NCBI RefSeq assembly: GCF_009914755.1
Contig: NC_060941.1
Direction: 5' to 3' (one strand)
DNA length: 64,000 bases
Source of the DNA: the human T2T-CHM13v2.0 reference genome, Homo sapiens
In this document: in pieces, positions 23,389 through 37,200 of the stretch
Numbering within the stretch: the stretch's first letter is position 1
Layout of the letters: each line of letters opens with the position of its first letter
Notes under the pieces: generated by a model
Seen by the model: only the letters and a program-made list of their open reading frames with translations
Told to the model about the DNA's origin: nothing
Databases searched by the model: none
Made by a program: the position numbers and the translations under genes

Positions 23389-26103
23389 CATTCACAGAAA
23401 ACTCTTGGTGACGACTGAGTTTAACTCACAGAGCTGAACATTCCTTTGGATGGAGCAGTTTCGAAACACACTATTTGTAGAATGTGCAAGTGGATATTTA
23501 GGCCTCTCTGAGGATTTCGTTGGAAACGGGATAAACCGCACAGAACTAAACAGAAGCATTCTCAGAACCTTCTTCGTGATGTTTGCATTCAACTCACAGT
23601 GTTGAACCTTTCTTTGATAGTTCAGGTTTCAAACGGTCTTTCTGTAGAAACTGCAAGTAGATATTTGGACCTCTCTGAGGATTTCGTTGGAAACGGGATA
23701 ACCCGCACAGAACTAAAACAGAAGCATTCTCAGAACCCTCTTCGTGATGTTTGCATTCAACTCACAGTGCTGAACCTTTCTTTGATAGTTCAGCTTTGAA
23801 ACACTCTTTTTGTAGAAACTGCAAGTGGATATTTGGTCCTCTCTGAGCATTTCGTTGGAAACGGGATAAACTGCACAGAACTAAACAGAAGCATTCTCAG
23901 AACCTTCTTCGTGATGTCTGCATTCAACTCACAGTGTGGAACCTTTCTTTGATAGTTCAGCTTTGAAACACTCTTTTTGTAGAAACTGCAAGGGGATAAT
24001 TGCACTCTTTGAGGAGTACCGTAGTAAAGGAAATAACTTCCTATAAAAAGAAGACAGAAGCTTTCTCAGAAAATTCTTTGGGATGATTGAGTTGAACTCA
24101 CAGAGCTGAGCATTCCTTGCGATGTAGCAGTTTAGAAACACACTTTCTGCAGAATCTGCAAGTGCATATTTGGACCTCTGTGAGGAATTCGTTGGAAACG
24201 GGATAATTTCAGCTGACTAAACAGAAGCAGTCTCAGAATCTTCTTTGTGATGTTTGCATTCAAATCCCCGAGTTGAACTTTCCTTTCAAAGTTCACGTTT
24301 GAAACACTCTTTTTGCAGGATCTACAAGTGGATATTTGGACCACTCTGTGTCCTTCGTTCGAAACGGGTATATCTTCACATGACATCTAGACAGAAGCAT
24401 CCTCAGAAGCTTCTCTGTGATGACTGCATTCAACTCACGGAGTTGAACACTCCTTTTGAGAGCGCAGTTTTGAAACTCTCTTTCTGTGGCATCTGCAAGG
24501 GGACATGTAGACCTCTTTGAAGATTTCGTTGGAAACGGAATCATCTTCACATAAAAACTATACAGATGCATTCTCAGGAACTTTTTGGTGATGTTTGTAT
24601 TCAACTCCCAGAGTTGAACTTTCCTTTGGAAAGAGCAGCTATGAAACACTGTTTTTCTAGAATCTGCAAGTGGACGTTTGGAGGGCTTTGTGGTTTGTGG
24701 TGGAAAAGGAAATATCTTCACCTAAATACTAGATAGAAGCATTCTCAGAAACTGCTTTGTGATGATTGCATTCACCTCACAGAGTTGAACATTCCTATTG
24801 ATAGAGCAGTTTGGAAACACTCTTGTTGTGGAATGTGCAAGTGGAGATTTGGAGCGCTTTGAGGCCTATGGTAGTAAAGGGAATAGCTTCATAGAAAAAC
24901 TAGACAGAAGCATTCTCAGAAAATACTTTGTGATGATTGAGTTTAACTCACAGAGCTGAACATTCCTTTGGATGGAGCAGGTTTGAGACACACCTTTTGT
25001 AGAATCTACAAGTGGATATTTGGACCTCTCTGAGGATTTCGTTGGAAACGGGATAACTGCACCTAACTAAACGGAAGCATTCTCAGAAACTTCTTGGTGA
25101 TGTTTGCATTCAAATCCCAGAGTTGAACCTTCCTTTGATAGTTCAGGTTTGAAACACTCTTTTTGTAGGATCTGCAAGTGGATATTTGGACCACTCTGTG
25201 GCCTTCGTTCGAAACGGGTATATCTTCGCATAAAATCTAGACAGAAGCCTTCTCAGAAACTTCTCTGTGATGATTGCATTCAACTCACAGAGTTGAACCC
25301 TCCTATGGATAGAGCAGTGTTGAAACTCTCTTTTTGTGGAATCTGCAAGTGGATATGTGGACCTCTCCGAAGATGTCTTTGGAAACGGGAATATCTTCAC
25401 ATAAAAACTAAACAGAAGCATTCTCAGAAACTTCTCTGTGATGTTTGTGTTCAACTCCCAGAGTTTCACATTGCTTTTCATAGAGTAGTTCTGAAACATG
25501 CTTTTCGTAGTGTCTACAAGTGGACATTTGGAGCGCTTTCAGGCCTGTGGTGGAAAACGAATTATGGTCACATAAAAACTGGAGAGAAGCATTGTCAGAA
25601 ACTTCTTTGTGATGATTGCATTCAACTCACAGAGTTGAAGGTTCCTTTTCAAAGAGCAGTTTCCAATCACTCTTTGTGTGGAATCTGCAAGTGGATATTT
25701 GGACCTATTTTGAAGATTTCGTTGGAAACGGGAGAATCTTCACAGGAAAGCTAAACAGAAGCATTCTCAGAAACTTCTTTGTGATGCTTGCATTCAACTC
25801 ACAGAGTTGAACTTTCCTTTCGAGAGAGAAGCTTTGAAACACTCTTTTTCCAGAATCTGCAAGTGGACATTTGGAGGGCTTTGAGGCCTGTGGTGGAAAA
25901 GGAATTATCTTCCCGTAAAAGCTAGATAGAAGCATTCTCAGAAACTACTTTGTGATGATTGCATTCAAGTCACAGAGTTGAACATTCCCTTTGACAGAGC
26001 AGTTTGGAAACTCTCTTTGTGTAGAATCTGCAAGTGGAGATATGGACCGCTTTGAGGCCTATGGTAGTAAAGGAAATAGCTTCATATAAAAGCTAGACAG
26101 TAG

Positions 26104-27463
26104 CATTCACAGAAAACTCTTGGTGACGACTGAGTTTAACTCACAGAGCTGAACATTCCTTTGGATGGAGCAGTTTCGAAACACACTATTTGTAGAATGT
26201 GCAAGTGGATATTTAGGCCTCTCTGAGGATTTCGTTGGAAACGGGATAAACCGCACAGAACTAAACAGAAGCATTCTCAGAACCTTCTTCGTGATGTTTG
26301 CATTCAACTCACAGTGTTGAACCTTTCTTTGATAGTTCAGGTTTCAAACGGTCTTTCTGTAGAAACTGCAAGTAGATATTTGGACCTCTCTGAGGATTTC
26401 GTTGGAAACGGGATAACTGCACCTAACTAAACGGAAGCATTCTCAGAAACTTCTTGGTGATGTTTGCATTCAAATCCCAGAGTTGAAACTTCCTTTGATA
26501 GTTCAGGTTTGAAACACTCTTTTTGTAGGATCTGCAAGTGGATATTTGGACCACTCTGTGGCCTTCGTTCGAAACGGGTATATCTTCGCATAAAATCTAG
26601 ACAGAAGCCTTCTCAGAAACTTCTCTGTGATGATTGCATTCAACTCACAGAGTTGAACCCTCCTATGGATAGAGCAGTGTTGAAACTCTCTTTTTGTGGA
26701 ATCTGCAAGTGGATATGTGGACCTCTCCGAAGATGTCTTTGGAAACGGGAATATCTTCACATAAAAACTTAACAGAAGCATTCTCAGAAACTTCTCTGTG
26801 ATGTTTGTGTTCAACTCCCAGAGTTTCACATTGCTTTTCATAGAGTAGTTCTGAAACATGCTTTTCGTAGTGTCTACAAGTGGACATTTGGAGCGCTTTC
26901 AGGCCTGTGGTGGAAAACGAATTATGGTCACATAAAAACTGGAGAGAAGCATTGTCAGAAACTTCTTTGTGATGATTGCATTCAACTCACAGAGTTGAAG
27001 GTTCCTTTTCAAAGAGCAGTTTCCAATCACTCTTTCTGTGGAATCTGCAAGTGGATATTTGGACCTATTTTGAAGATTTCGTTGGAAACGGGAGAATCTT
27101 CACAGGAAAGCTAAACAGAAGCATTCTCAGAAACTTCTTTGTGATGCTTGCATTCAACTCACAGAGTTGAACTTTCCTTTCGAGAGAGAAGCTTTGAAAC
27201 ACTCTTTTTCCAGAATCTGCAAGTGGACATTTGGAGGGCTTTGAGGCCTGTGGTGGAAAAGGAATTATCTTCCCGTAAAAGCTAGATAGAAGCATTCTCA
27301 GAAACTACTTTGTGATGATTGCATTCAAGTCACAGAGTTGAACATTCCCTTTGACAGAGCAGTTTGGAAACTCTCTTTGTGTAGAATCTGCAAGTGGAGA
27401 TATGGACCGCTTTGAGGCCTATGGTAGTAAAGGAAATAGCTTCATATAAAAGCTAGACAGTAG
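26104..27463 (+). repeat. 8-mer HOR structural variant #2 (1360 bp)
   Basis: Spacing 26107->27467; same junction at 26375-26417. Confidence 0.96.
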
Positions 27464-30400
27464 CATTCACAGAAAACTCTTGGTGACGACTGAGTTTAAC
27501 TCACAGAGCTGAACATTCCTTTGGATGGAGCAGTTTCGAAACACACTATTTGTAGAATGTGCAAGTGGATATTTAGGCCTCTCTGAGGATTTCGTTGGAA
27601 ACGGGATAAACCGCACAGAACTAAACAGAAGCATTCTCAGAACCTTCTTCGTGATGTTTGCATTCAACTCACAGTGTTGAACCTTTCTTTGATAGTTCAG
27701 GTTTGAAACGGTCTTTCTGTAGAAACTGCAAGTAGATATTTGGACCTCTCTGAGGATTTCGTTGGAAACGGGATAACCCGCACAGAACTAAAACAGAAGA
27801 ATTCTCAGAACCCTCTTCGTGATGTTTGCATTCAACTCACAGTGCTGAACCTTTCTTTGATAGTTCAGCTTTGAAACACTCTTTTTGTAGAAACTGCAAG
27901 TGGATATTTGGTCCTCTCTGAGCATTTCGTTGGAAACGGGATAAACTGCACAGAACTAAACAGAAGCATTCTCAGAACCTTCTTCGTGATGTCTGCATTC
28001 AACTCACAGTGTGGAACCTTTCTTTGATAGTTCAGGTTTGAAACACTCTTTTTGTAGAAACTGCAAGGGGATAATTGCACTCTTTGAGGAGTACCGTAGT
28101 AAAGGAAATAACTTCCTATAAAAAGAAGACAGAAGCTTTCTCAGAAAATTCTTTGGGATGATTGAGTTGAACTCACAGAGCTGAGCATTCCTTGCGATGT
28201 AGCAGTTTAGAAACACACTTTCTGCAGAATCTGCAAGTGCATATTTGGACCTCTGTGAGGAATTCGTTGGAAACGGGATAATTTCAGCTGACTAAACAGA
28301 AGCAGTCTCAGAATCTTCTTTGTGATGTTTGCATTCAAATCCCCGAGTTGAACTTTCCTTTCAAAGTTCACGTTTGAAACACTCTTTTTGCAGGATCTAC
28401 AAGTGGATATTTGGACCACTCTGTGTCCTTCGTTCGAAACGGGTATATCTTCACATGACATCTAGACAGAAGCATCCTCAGAAGCTTCTCTGTGATGACT
28501 GCATTCAACTCACGGAGTTGAACACTCCTTTTGAGAGCACAGTTTTGAAACTCTCTTTCTGTGGCATCTGCAAGGGGACATGTAGACCTCTTTGAAGATT
28601 TCGTTGGAAACGGAATCATCTTCACATAAAAACTACACAGATGCATTCTCAGGAACTTTTTGGTGATGTTTGTATTCAACTCCCAGAGTTGAACTTTCCT
28701 TTGGAAAGAGCAGCTATGAAACACTGTTTTTCTAGAATCTGCAAGTGGACGTTTGGAGGGCTTTGTGGTTTGTGGTGGAAAAGGAAATATCTTCACCTAA
28801 ATACTAGATAGAAGCATTCTCAGAAACTGCTTTGTGATGATTGCATTCACCTCACAGAGTTGAACATTCCTATTGATAGAGCAGTTTGGAAACACTCTTG
28901 TTGTGGAATGTGCAAGTGGAGATTTGGAGCGCTTTGAGGCCTATGGTAGTAAAGGGAATAGCTTCATAGAAAAACTAGACAGAAGCATTCTCAGAAAATA
29001 CTTTGTGATGATTGAGTTGAACTCACAGAGCTGAACATTCCTTTGGATGGAGCAGGTTTGAGACACACTTTTTGTAGAATCTACAAGTGGATATTTGGAC
29101 CTCTCTGAGGATTTCGTTGGAAACGGGATAACTGCACCTAACTAAACGGAAGCATTCTCAGAAACTTCTTGGTGATGTTTGCATTCAAATCCCAGAGTTG
29201 AACCTTCCTTTGATAGTTCAGGTTTGAAACACTCTTTTTGTAGGATCTGCAAGTGGATATTTGGACCACTCTGTGGCCTTCGTTCGAAACGGGTACATCT
29301 TCGCATAAAATCTAGACAGAAGCCTTCTCAGAAACTTCTCTGTGATGATTGCATTCAACTCACAGAGTTGAACCCTCCTATGGATAGAGCAGTGTTGAAA
29401 CTCTCTTTTTGTGGAATCTGCAAGTGGATATGTGGACCTCTCCGAAGATGTCTTTGGAAACGGGAATATCTTCACATAAAAACTTAACAGAAGCATTCTC
29501 AGAAACTTCTCTGTGATGTTTGTGTTCAACTCCCAGAGTTTCACATTGCTTTTCATAGAGTAGTTCTGAAACATGCTTTTCGTAGTGTCTACAAGTGGAC
29601 ATTTGGAGCGCTTTCAGGCCTGTGGTGGAAAACGAATTATGGTCACATAAAAACTGGAGAGAAGCATTGTCAGAAACTTCTTTGTGATGATTGCATTCAA
29701 CTCACAGAGTTGAAGGTTCCTTTTCAAAGAGCAGTTTCCAATCACTCTTTCTGTGGAATCTGCAAGTGGATATTTGGACCTATTTTGAAGATTTCGTTGG
29801 AAACGGGAGAATCTTCACAGGAAAGCTAAACAGAAGCATTCTCAGAAACTTCTTTGTGATGCTTGCATTCAACTCACAGAGTTGAACTTTCCTTTCGAGA
29901 GAGAAGCTTTGAAACACTCTTTTTCCAGAATCTGCAAGTGGACATTTGGAGGGCTTTGAGGCCTGTGGTGGAAAAGGAATTATCTTCCCGTAAAAGCTAG
30001 ATAGAAGCATTCTCAGAAACTACTTTGTGATGATTGCATTCAAGTCACAGAGTTGAACATTCCCTTTGACAGAGCAGTTTGGAAACTCTCTTTGTGTAGA
30101 ATCTGCAAGTGGAGATATGGACCGCTTTGAGGCCTATGGTAGTAAAGGAAATAGCTTCATATAAAAGCTAGACAGTAGCATTCACAGAAAACTCTTGGTG
30201 ACGACTGAGTTTAACTCACAGAGCTGAACATTCCTTTGGATGGAGCAGTTTCGAAACACACTATTTGTAGAATGTGCAAGTGGATATTTAGGCCTCTCTG
30301 AGGATTTCGTTGGAAACGGGATAAACCGCACAGAACTAAACAGAAGCATTCTCAGAACCTTCTTCGTGATGTTTGCATTCAACTCACAGTGTTGAACCTT

Positions 30401-32893
30401 TCTTTGATAGTTCAGGTTTGAAACGGTCTTTCTGTAGAAACTGCAAGTAGATATTTGGACCTCTCTGAGGATTTCGTTGGAAACGGGATAACCCGCACAG
30501 AACTAAAACAGAAGCATTCTCAGAACCCTCTTCGTGATGTTTGCATTCAACTCACAGTGCTGAACCTTTCTTTGATAGTTCAGCTTTGAAACACTCTTTT
30601 TGTAGAAACTGCAAGTGGATATTTGGTCCTCTCTGAGGATTTCGTTGGAAACGGGATAAACTGCACAGAACTAAACAGAAGCATTCTCAGAACCTTCTTC
30701 GTGATGTCTGCATTCAACTCACAGTGTGGAACCTTTCTTTGATAGTTCAGGTTTGAAACACTCTTTTTGTAGAAACTGCAAGGGGATAATTGCACTCTTT
30801 GAGGAGTACCGTAGTAAAGGAAATAACTTCCTATAAAAAGAAGACAGAAGCTTTCTCAGAAAATTCTTTGGGATGATTGAGTTGAACTCACAGAGCTGAG
30901 CATTCCTTGCGATGTAGCAGTTTAGAAACACACTTTCTGCAGAATCTGCAAGTGCATATTTGGACCTCTGTGAGGAATTCGTTGGAAACGGGATAATTTC
31001 AGCTGACTAAACAGAAGCAGTCTCAGAATCTTCTTTGTGATGTTTGCATTCAAATCCCCGAGTTGAACTTTCCTTTCAAAGTTCACGTTTGAAACACTCT
31101 TTTTGCAGGATCTACAAGTGGATATTTGGACCACTCTGTGTCCTTCGTTCGAAACGGGTATATCTTCACATGACATCTAGACAGAAGCATCCTCAGAAGC
31201 TTCTCTGTGATGACTGCATTCAACTCACGGAGTTGAACACTCCTTTTGAGAGCGCAGTTTTGAAACTCTCTTTCTGTGGCATCTGCAAGGGGACATGTAG
31301 ACCTCTTTGAAGATTTCGTTGGAAACGGAATCATCTTCACATAAAAACTATACAGATGCATTCTCAGGAACTTTTTGGTGATGTTTGTATTCAACTCCCA
31401 GAGTTGAACTTTCCTTTGGAAAGAGCAGCTATGAAACACTCTTTTTCTAGAATCTGCAAGTGGACGTTTGGAGGGCTTTGTGGTTTGTGGTGGAAAAGGA
31501 AATATCTTCACCTAAATACTAGATAGAAGCATTCTCAGAAACTGCTTTGTGATGATTGCATTCACCTCACAGAGTTGAACATTCCTATTGATAGAGCAGT
31601 TTGGAAACACTCTTGTTGTGGAATGTGCAAGTGGAGATTTGGAGCGCTTTGAGGCCTATGGTAGTAAAGGGAATAGCTTCATAGAAAAACTAGACAGAAG
31701 CATTCTCAGAAAATACTTTGTGATGATTGAGTTTAACTCACAGAGCTGAACATTCCTTTGGATGGAGCAGGTTTGAGACACACCTTTTGTAGAATCTACA
31801 AGTGGATATTTGGACCTCTCTGAGGATTTCGTTGGAAACGGGATAACTGCACCTAACTAAACGGAAGCATTCTCAGAAACTTCTTGGTGATGTTTGCATT
31901 CAAATCCCAGAGTTGAACCTTCCTTTGATAGTTCAGGTTTGAAACACTCTTTTTGTAGGATCTGCAAGTGGATATTTGGACCACTCTGTGGCCTTCGTTC
32001 GAAACGGGTATATCTTCGCATAAAATCTAGACAGAAGCCTTCTCAGAAACTTCTCTGTGATGATTGCATTCAACTCACAGAGTTGAACCCTCCTATGGAT
32101 AGAGCAGTGTTGAAACTCTCTTTTTGTGGAATCTGCAAGTGGATATGTGGACCTCTCCGAAGATGTCTTTGGAAACGGGAATATCTTCACATAAAAACTA
32201 AACAGAAGCATTCTCAGAAACTTCTCTGTGATGTTTGTGTTCAACTCCCAGAGTTTCACATTGCTTTTCATAGAGTAGTTCTGAAACATGCTTTTCGTAG
32301 TGTCTACAAGTGGACATTTGGAGCGCTTTCAGGCCTGTGGTGGAAAACGAATTATGGTCACATAAAAACTGGAGAGAAGCATTGTCAGAAACTTCTTTGT
32401 GATGATTGCATTCAACTCACAGAGTTGAAGGTTCCTTTTCAAAGAGCAGTTTCCAATCACTCTTTCTGTGGAATCTGCAAGTGGATATTTGGACCTATTT
32501 TGAAGATTTCGTTGGAAACGGGAGAATCTTCACAGGAAAGCTAAACAGAAGCATTCTCAGAAACTTCTTTGTGATGCTTGCATTCAACTCACAGAGTTGA
32601 ACTTTCCTTTCGAGAGAGAAGCTTTGAAACACTCTTTTTCCAGAATCTGCAAGTGGACATTTGGAGGGCTTTGAGGCCTGTGGTGGAAAAGGAATTATCT
32701 TCCCGTAAAAGCTAGATAGAAGCATTCTCAGAAACTACTTTGTGATGATTGCATTCAAGTCACAGAGTTGAACATTCCCTTTGACAGAGCAGTTTGGAAA
32801 CTCTCTTTGTGTAGAATCTGCAAGTGGAGATATGGACCGCTTTGAGGCCTATGGTAGTAAAGGAAATAGCTTCATATAAAAGCTAGACAGTAG

Positions 32894-34253
32894 CATTCAC
32901 AGAAAACTCTTGGTGACGACTGAGTTTAACTCACAGAGCTGAACATTCCTTTGGATGGAGCAGTTTCGAAACACACTATTTGTAGAATGTGCAAGTGGAT
33001 ATTTAGGCCTCTCTGAGGATTTCGTTGGAAACGGGATAAACCGCACAGAACTAAACAGAAGCATTCTCAGAACCTTCTTCGTGATGTTTGCATTCAACTC
33101 ACAGTGTTGAACCTTTCTTTGATAGTTCAGGTTTCAAACGGTCTTTCTGTAGAAACTGCAAGTAGATATTTGGACCTCTCTGAGGATTTCGTTGGAAACG
33201 GGATAACTGCACCTAACTAAACGGAAGCATTCTCAGAAACTTCTTGGTGATGTTTGCATTCAAATCCCAGAGTTGAACCTTCCTTTGATAGTTCAGGTTT
33301 GAAACACTCTTTTTGTAGGATCTGCAAGTGGATATTTGGACCACTCTGTGGCCTTCGTTCGAAACGGGTATATCTTCGCATAAAATCTAGACAGAAGCCT
33401 TCTCAGAAACTTCTCTGTGATGATTGCATTCAACTCACAGAGTTGAACCCTCCTATGGATAGAGCAGTGTTGAAACTCTCTTTTTGTGGAATCTGCAAGT
33501 GGATATGTGGACCTCTCCGAAGATGTCTTTGGAAACGGGAATATCTTCACATAAAAACTAAACAGAAGCATTCTCAGAAACTTCTCTGTGATGTTTGTGT
33601 TCAACTCCCAGAGTTTCACATTGCTTTTCATAGAGTAGTTCTGAAACATGCTTTTCGTAGTGTCTACAAGTGGACATTTGGAGCGCTTTCAGGCCTGTGG
33701 TGGAAAACGAATTATGGTCACATAAAAACTGGAGAGAAGCATTGTCAGAAACTTCTTTGTGATGATTGCATTCAACTCACAGAGTTGAAGGTTCCTTTTC
33801 AAAGAGCAGTTTCCAATCACTCTTTCTGTGGAATCTGCAAGTGGATATTTGGACCTATTTTGAAGATTTCGTTGGAAACGGGAGAATCTTCACAGGAAAG
33901 CTAAACAGAAGCATTCTCAGAAACTTCTTTGTGATGCTTGCATTCAACTCACAGAGTTGAACTTTCCTTTCGAGAGAGAAGCTTTGAAACACTCTTTTTC
34001 CAGAATCTGCAAGTGGACATTTGGAGGGCTTTGAGGCCTGTGGTGGAAAAGGAATTATCTTCCCGTAAAAGCTAGATAGAAGCATTCTCAGAAACTACTT
34101 TGTGATGATTGCATTCAAGTCACAGAGTTGAACATTCCCTTTGACAGAGCAGTTTGGAAACTCTCTTTGTGTAGAATCTGCAAGTGGAGATATGGACCGC
34201 TTTGAGGCCTATGGTAGTAAAGGAAATAGCTTCATATAAAAGCTAGACAGTAG
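32894..34253 (+). repeat. 8-mer HOR structural variant #3 (1360 bp)
   Basis: Spacing 32897->34257; same junction at 33165-33207. Confidence 0.96.
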
Positions 34254-37200
34254 CATTCACAGAAAACTCTTGGTGACGACTGAGTTTAACTCACAGAGCT
34301 GAACATTCCTTTGGATGGAGCAGTTTCGAAACACACTATTTGTAGAATGTGCAAGTGGATATTTAGGCCTCTCTGAGGATTTCGTTGGAAACGGGATAAA
34401 CCGCACAGAACTAAACAGAAGCATTCTCAGAACCTTCTTCGTGATGTTTGCATTCAACTCACAGTGTTGAACCTTTCTTTGATAGCTCAGGTTTGAAACG
34501 GTCTTTCTGTAGAAACTGCAAGTAGATATTTGGACCTCTCTGAGGATTTCGTTGGAAACGGGATAACCCGCACAGAACTAAAACAGAAGCATTCTCAGAA
34601 CCCTCTTCGTGATGTTTGCATTCAACTCACAGTGCTGAACCTTTCTTTGATAGTTCAGCTTTGAAACACTCTTTTTGTAGAAACTGCAAGTGGATATTTG
34701 GTCCTCTCTGAGCATTTCGTTGGAAACGGGATAAACTGCACAGAACTAAACAGAAGCATTCTCAGAACCTTCTTCGTGATGTCTGCATTCAACTCACAGT
34801 GTGGAACCTTTCTTTGATAGTTCAGGTTTGAAACACTCTTTTTGTAGAAACTGCAAGGGGATAATTGCACTCTTTGAGGAGTACCGTAGTAAAGGAAATA
34901 ACTTCCTATAAAAAGAAGACAGAAGCTTTCTCAGAAAATTCTTTGGGATGATTGAGTTGAACTCACAGAGCTGAGCATTCCTTGCGATGTAGCAGTTTAG
35001 AAACACACTTTCTGCAGAATCTGCAAGTGCATATTTGGACCTCTGTGAGGAATTCGTTGGAAACGGGATAATTTCAGCTGACTAAACAGAAGCAGTCTCA
35101 GAATCTTCTTTGTGATGTTTGCATTCAAATCCCCGAGTTGAACTTTCCTTTCAAAGTTCACGTTTGAAACACTCTTTTTGCAGGATCTACAAGTGGATAT
35201 TTGGACCACTCTGTGTCCTTCGTTCGAAACGGGTATATCTTCACATGACATCTAGACAGAAGCATCCTCAGAAGCTTCTCTGTGATGACTGCATTCAACT
35301 CACGGAGTTGAACACTCCTTTTGAGAGCGCAGTTTTGAAACTCTCTTTCTGTGGCATCTGCAAGGGGACATGTAGACCTCTTTGAAGATTTCGTTGGAAA
35401 CGGAATCATCTTCACATAAAAACTACACAGATGCATTCTCAGGAACTTTTTGGTGATGTTTGTATTCAACTCCCAGAGTTGAACTTTCCTTTGGAAAGAG
35501 CAGCTATGAAACACTGTTTTTCTAGAATCTGCAAGTGGACGTTTGGAGGGCTTTGTGGTTTGTGGTGGAAAAGGAAATATCTTCACCTAAATACTAGATA
35601 GAAGCATTCTCAGAAACTGCTTTGTGATGATTGCATTCACCTCACAGAGTTGAACATTCCTATTGATAGAGCAGTTTGGAAACACTCTTGTTGTGGAATG
35701 TGCAAGTGGAGATTTGGAGCGCTTTGAGGCCTATGGTAGTAAAGGGAATAGCTTCATAGAAAAACTAGACAGAAGCATTCTCAGAAAATACTTTGTGATG
35801 ATTGAGTTGAACTCACAGAGCTGAACATTCCTTTGGATGGAGCAGGTTTGAGACACACTTTTTGTAGAATCTACAAGTGGATATTTGGACCTCTCTGAGG
35901 ATTTCGTTGGAAACGGGATAACTGCACCTAACTAAACGGAAGCATTCTCAGAAACTTCTTGGTGATGTTTGCATTCAAATCCCAGAGTTGAACCTTCCTT
36001 TGATAGTTCAGGTTTGAAACACTCTTTTTGTAGGATCTGCAAGTGGATATTTGGACCACTCTGTGGCCTTCGTTCGAAACGGGTACATCTTCGCATAAAA
36101 TCTAGACAGAAGCCTTCTCAGAAACTTCTCTGTGATGATTGCATTCAACTCACAGAGTTGAACCCTCCTATGGATAGAGCAGTGTTGAAACTCTCTTTTT
36201 GTGGAATCTGCAAGTGGATATGTGGACCTCTCCGAAGATGTCTTTGGAAACGGGAATATCTTCACATAAAAACTTAACAGAAGCATTCTCAGAAACTTCT
36301 CTGTGATGTTTGTGTTCAACTCCCAGAGTTTCACATTGCTTTTCATAGAGTAGTTCTGAAACATGCTTTTCGTAGTGTCTACAAGTGGACATTTGGAGCG
36401 CTTTCAGGCCTGTGGTGGAAAACGAATTATGGTCACATAAAAACTGGAGAGAAGCATTGTCAGAAACTTCTTTGTGATGATTGCATTCAACTCACAGAGT
36501 TGAAGGTTCCTTTTCAAAGAGCAGTTTCCAATCACTCTTTGTGTGGAATCTGCAAGTGGATATTTGGACCTATTTTGAAGATTTCGTTGGAAACGGGAGA
36601 ATCTTCACAGGAAAGCTAAACAGAAGCATTCTCAGAAACTTCTTTGTGATGCTTGCATTCAACTCACAGAGTTGAACTTTCCTTTCGAGAGAGAAGCTTT
36701 GAAACACTCTTTTTCCAGAATCTGCAAGTGGACATTTGGAGGGCTTTGAGGCCTGTGGTGGAAAAGGAATTATCTTCCCGTAAAAGCTAGATAGAAGCAT
36801 TCTCAGAAACTACTTTGTGATGATTGCATTCAAGTCACAGAGTTGAACATTCCCTTTGACAGAGCAGTTTGGAAACTCTCTTTGTGTAGAATCTGCAAGT
36901 GGAGATATGGACCGCTTTGAGGCCTATGGTAGTAAAGGAAATAGCTTCATATAAAAGCTAGACAGTAGCATTCACAGAAAACTCTTGGTGACGACTGAGT
37001 TTAACTCACAGAGCTGAACATTCCTTTGGATGGAGCAGTTTCGAAACACACTATTTGTAGAATGTGCAAGTGGATATTTAGGCCTCTCTGAGGATTTCGT
37101 TGGAAACGGGATAAACCGCACAGAACTAAACAGAAGCATTCTCAGAACCTTCTTCGTGATGTTTGCATTCAACTCACAGTGTTGAACCTTTCTTTGATAG

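Noticed and set aside
5141-28539. Scattered singleton CpG transitions (5141, 13149, 28539)
   Set aside because: Consistent with ordinary methyl-CpG deamination and too few to support a pattern.
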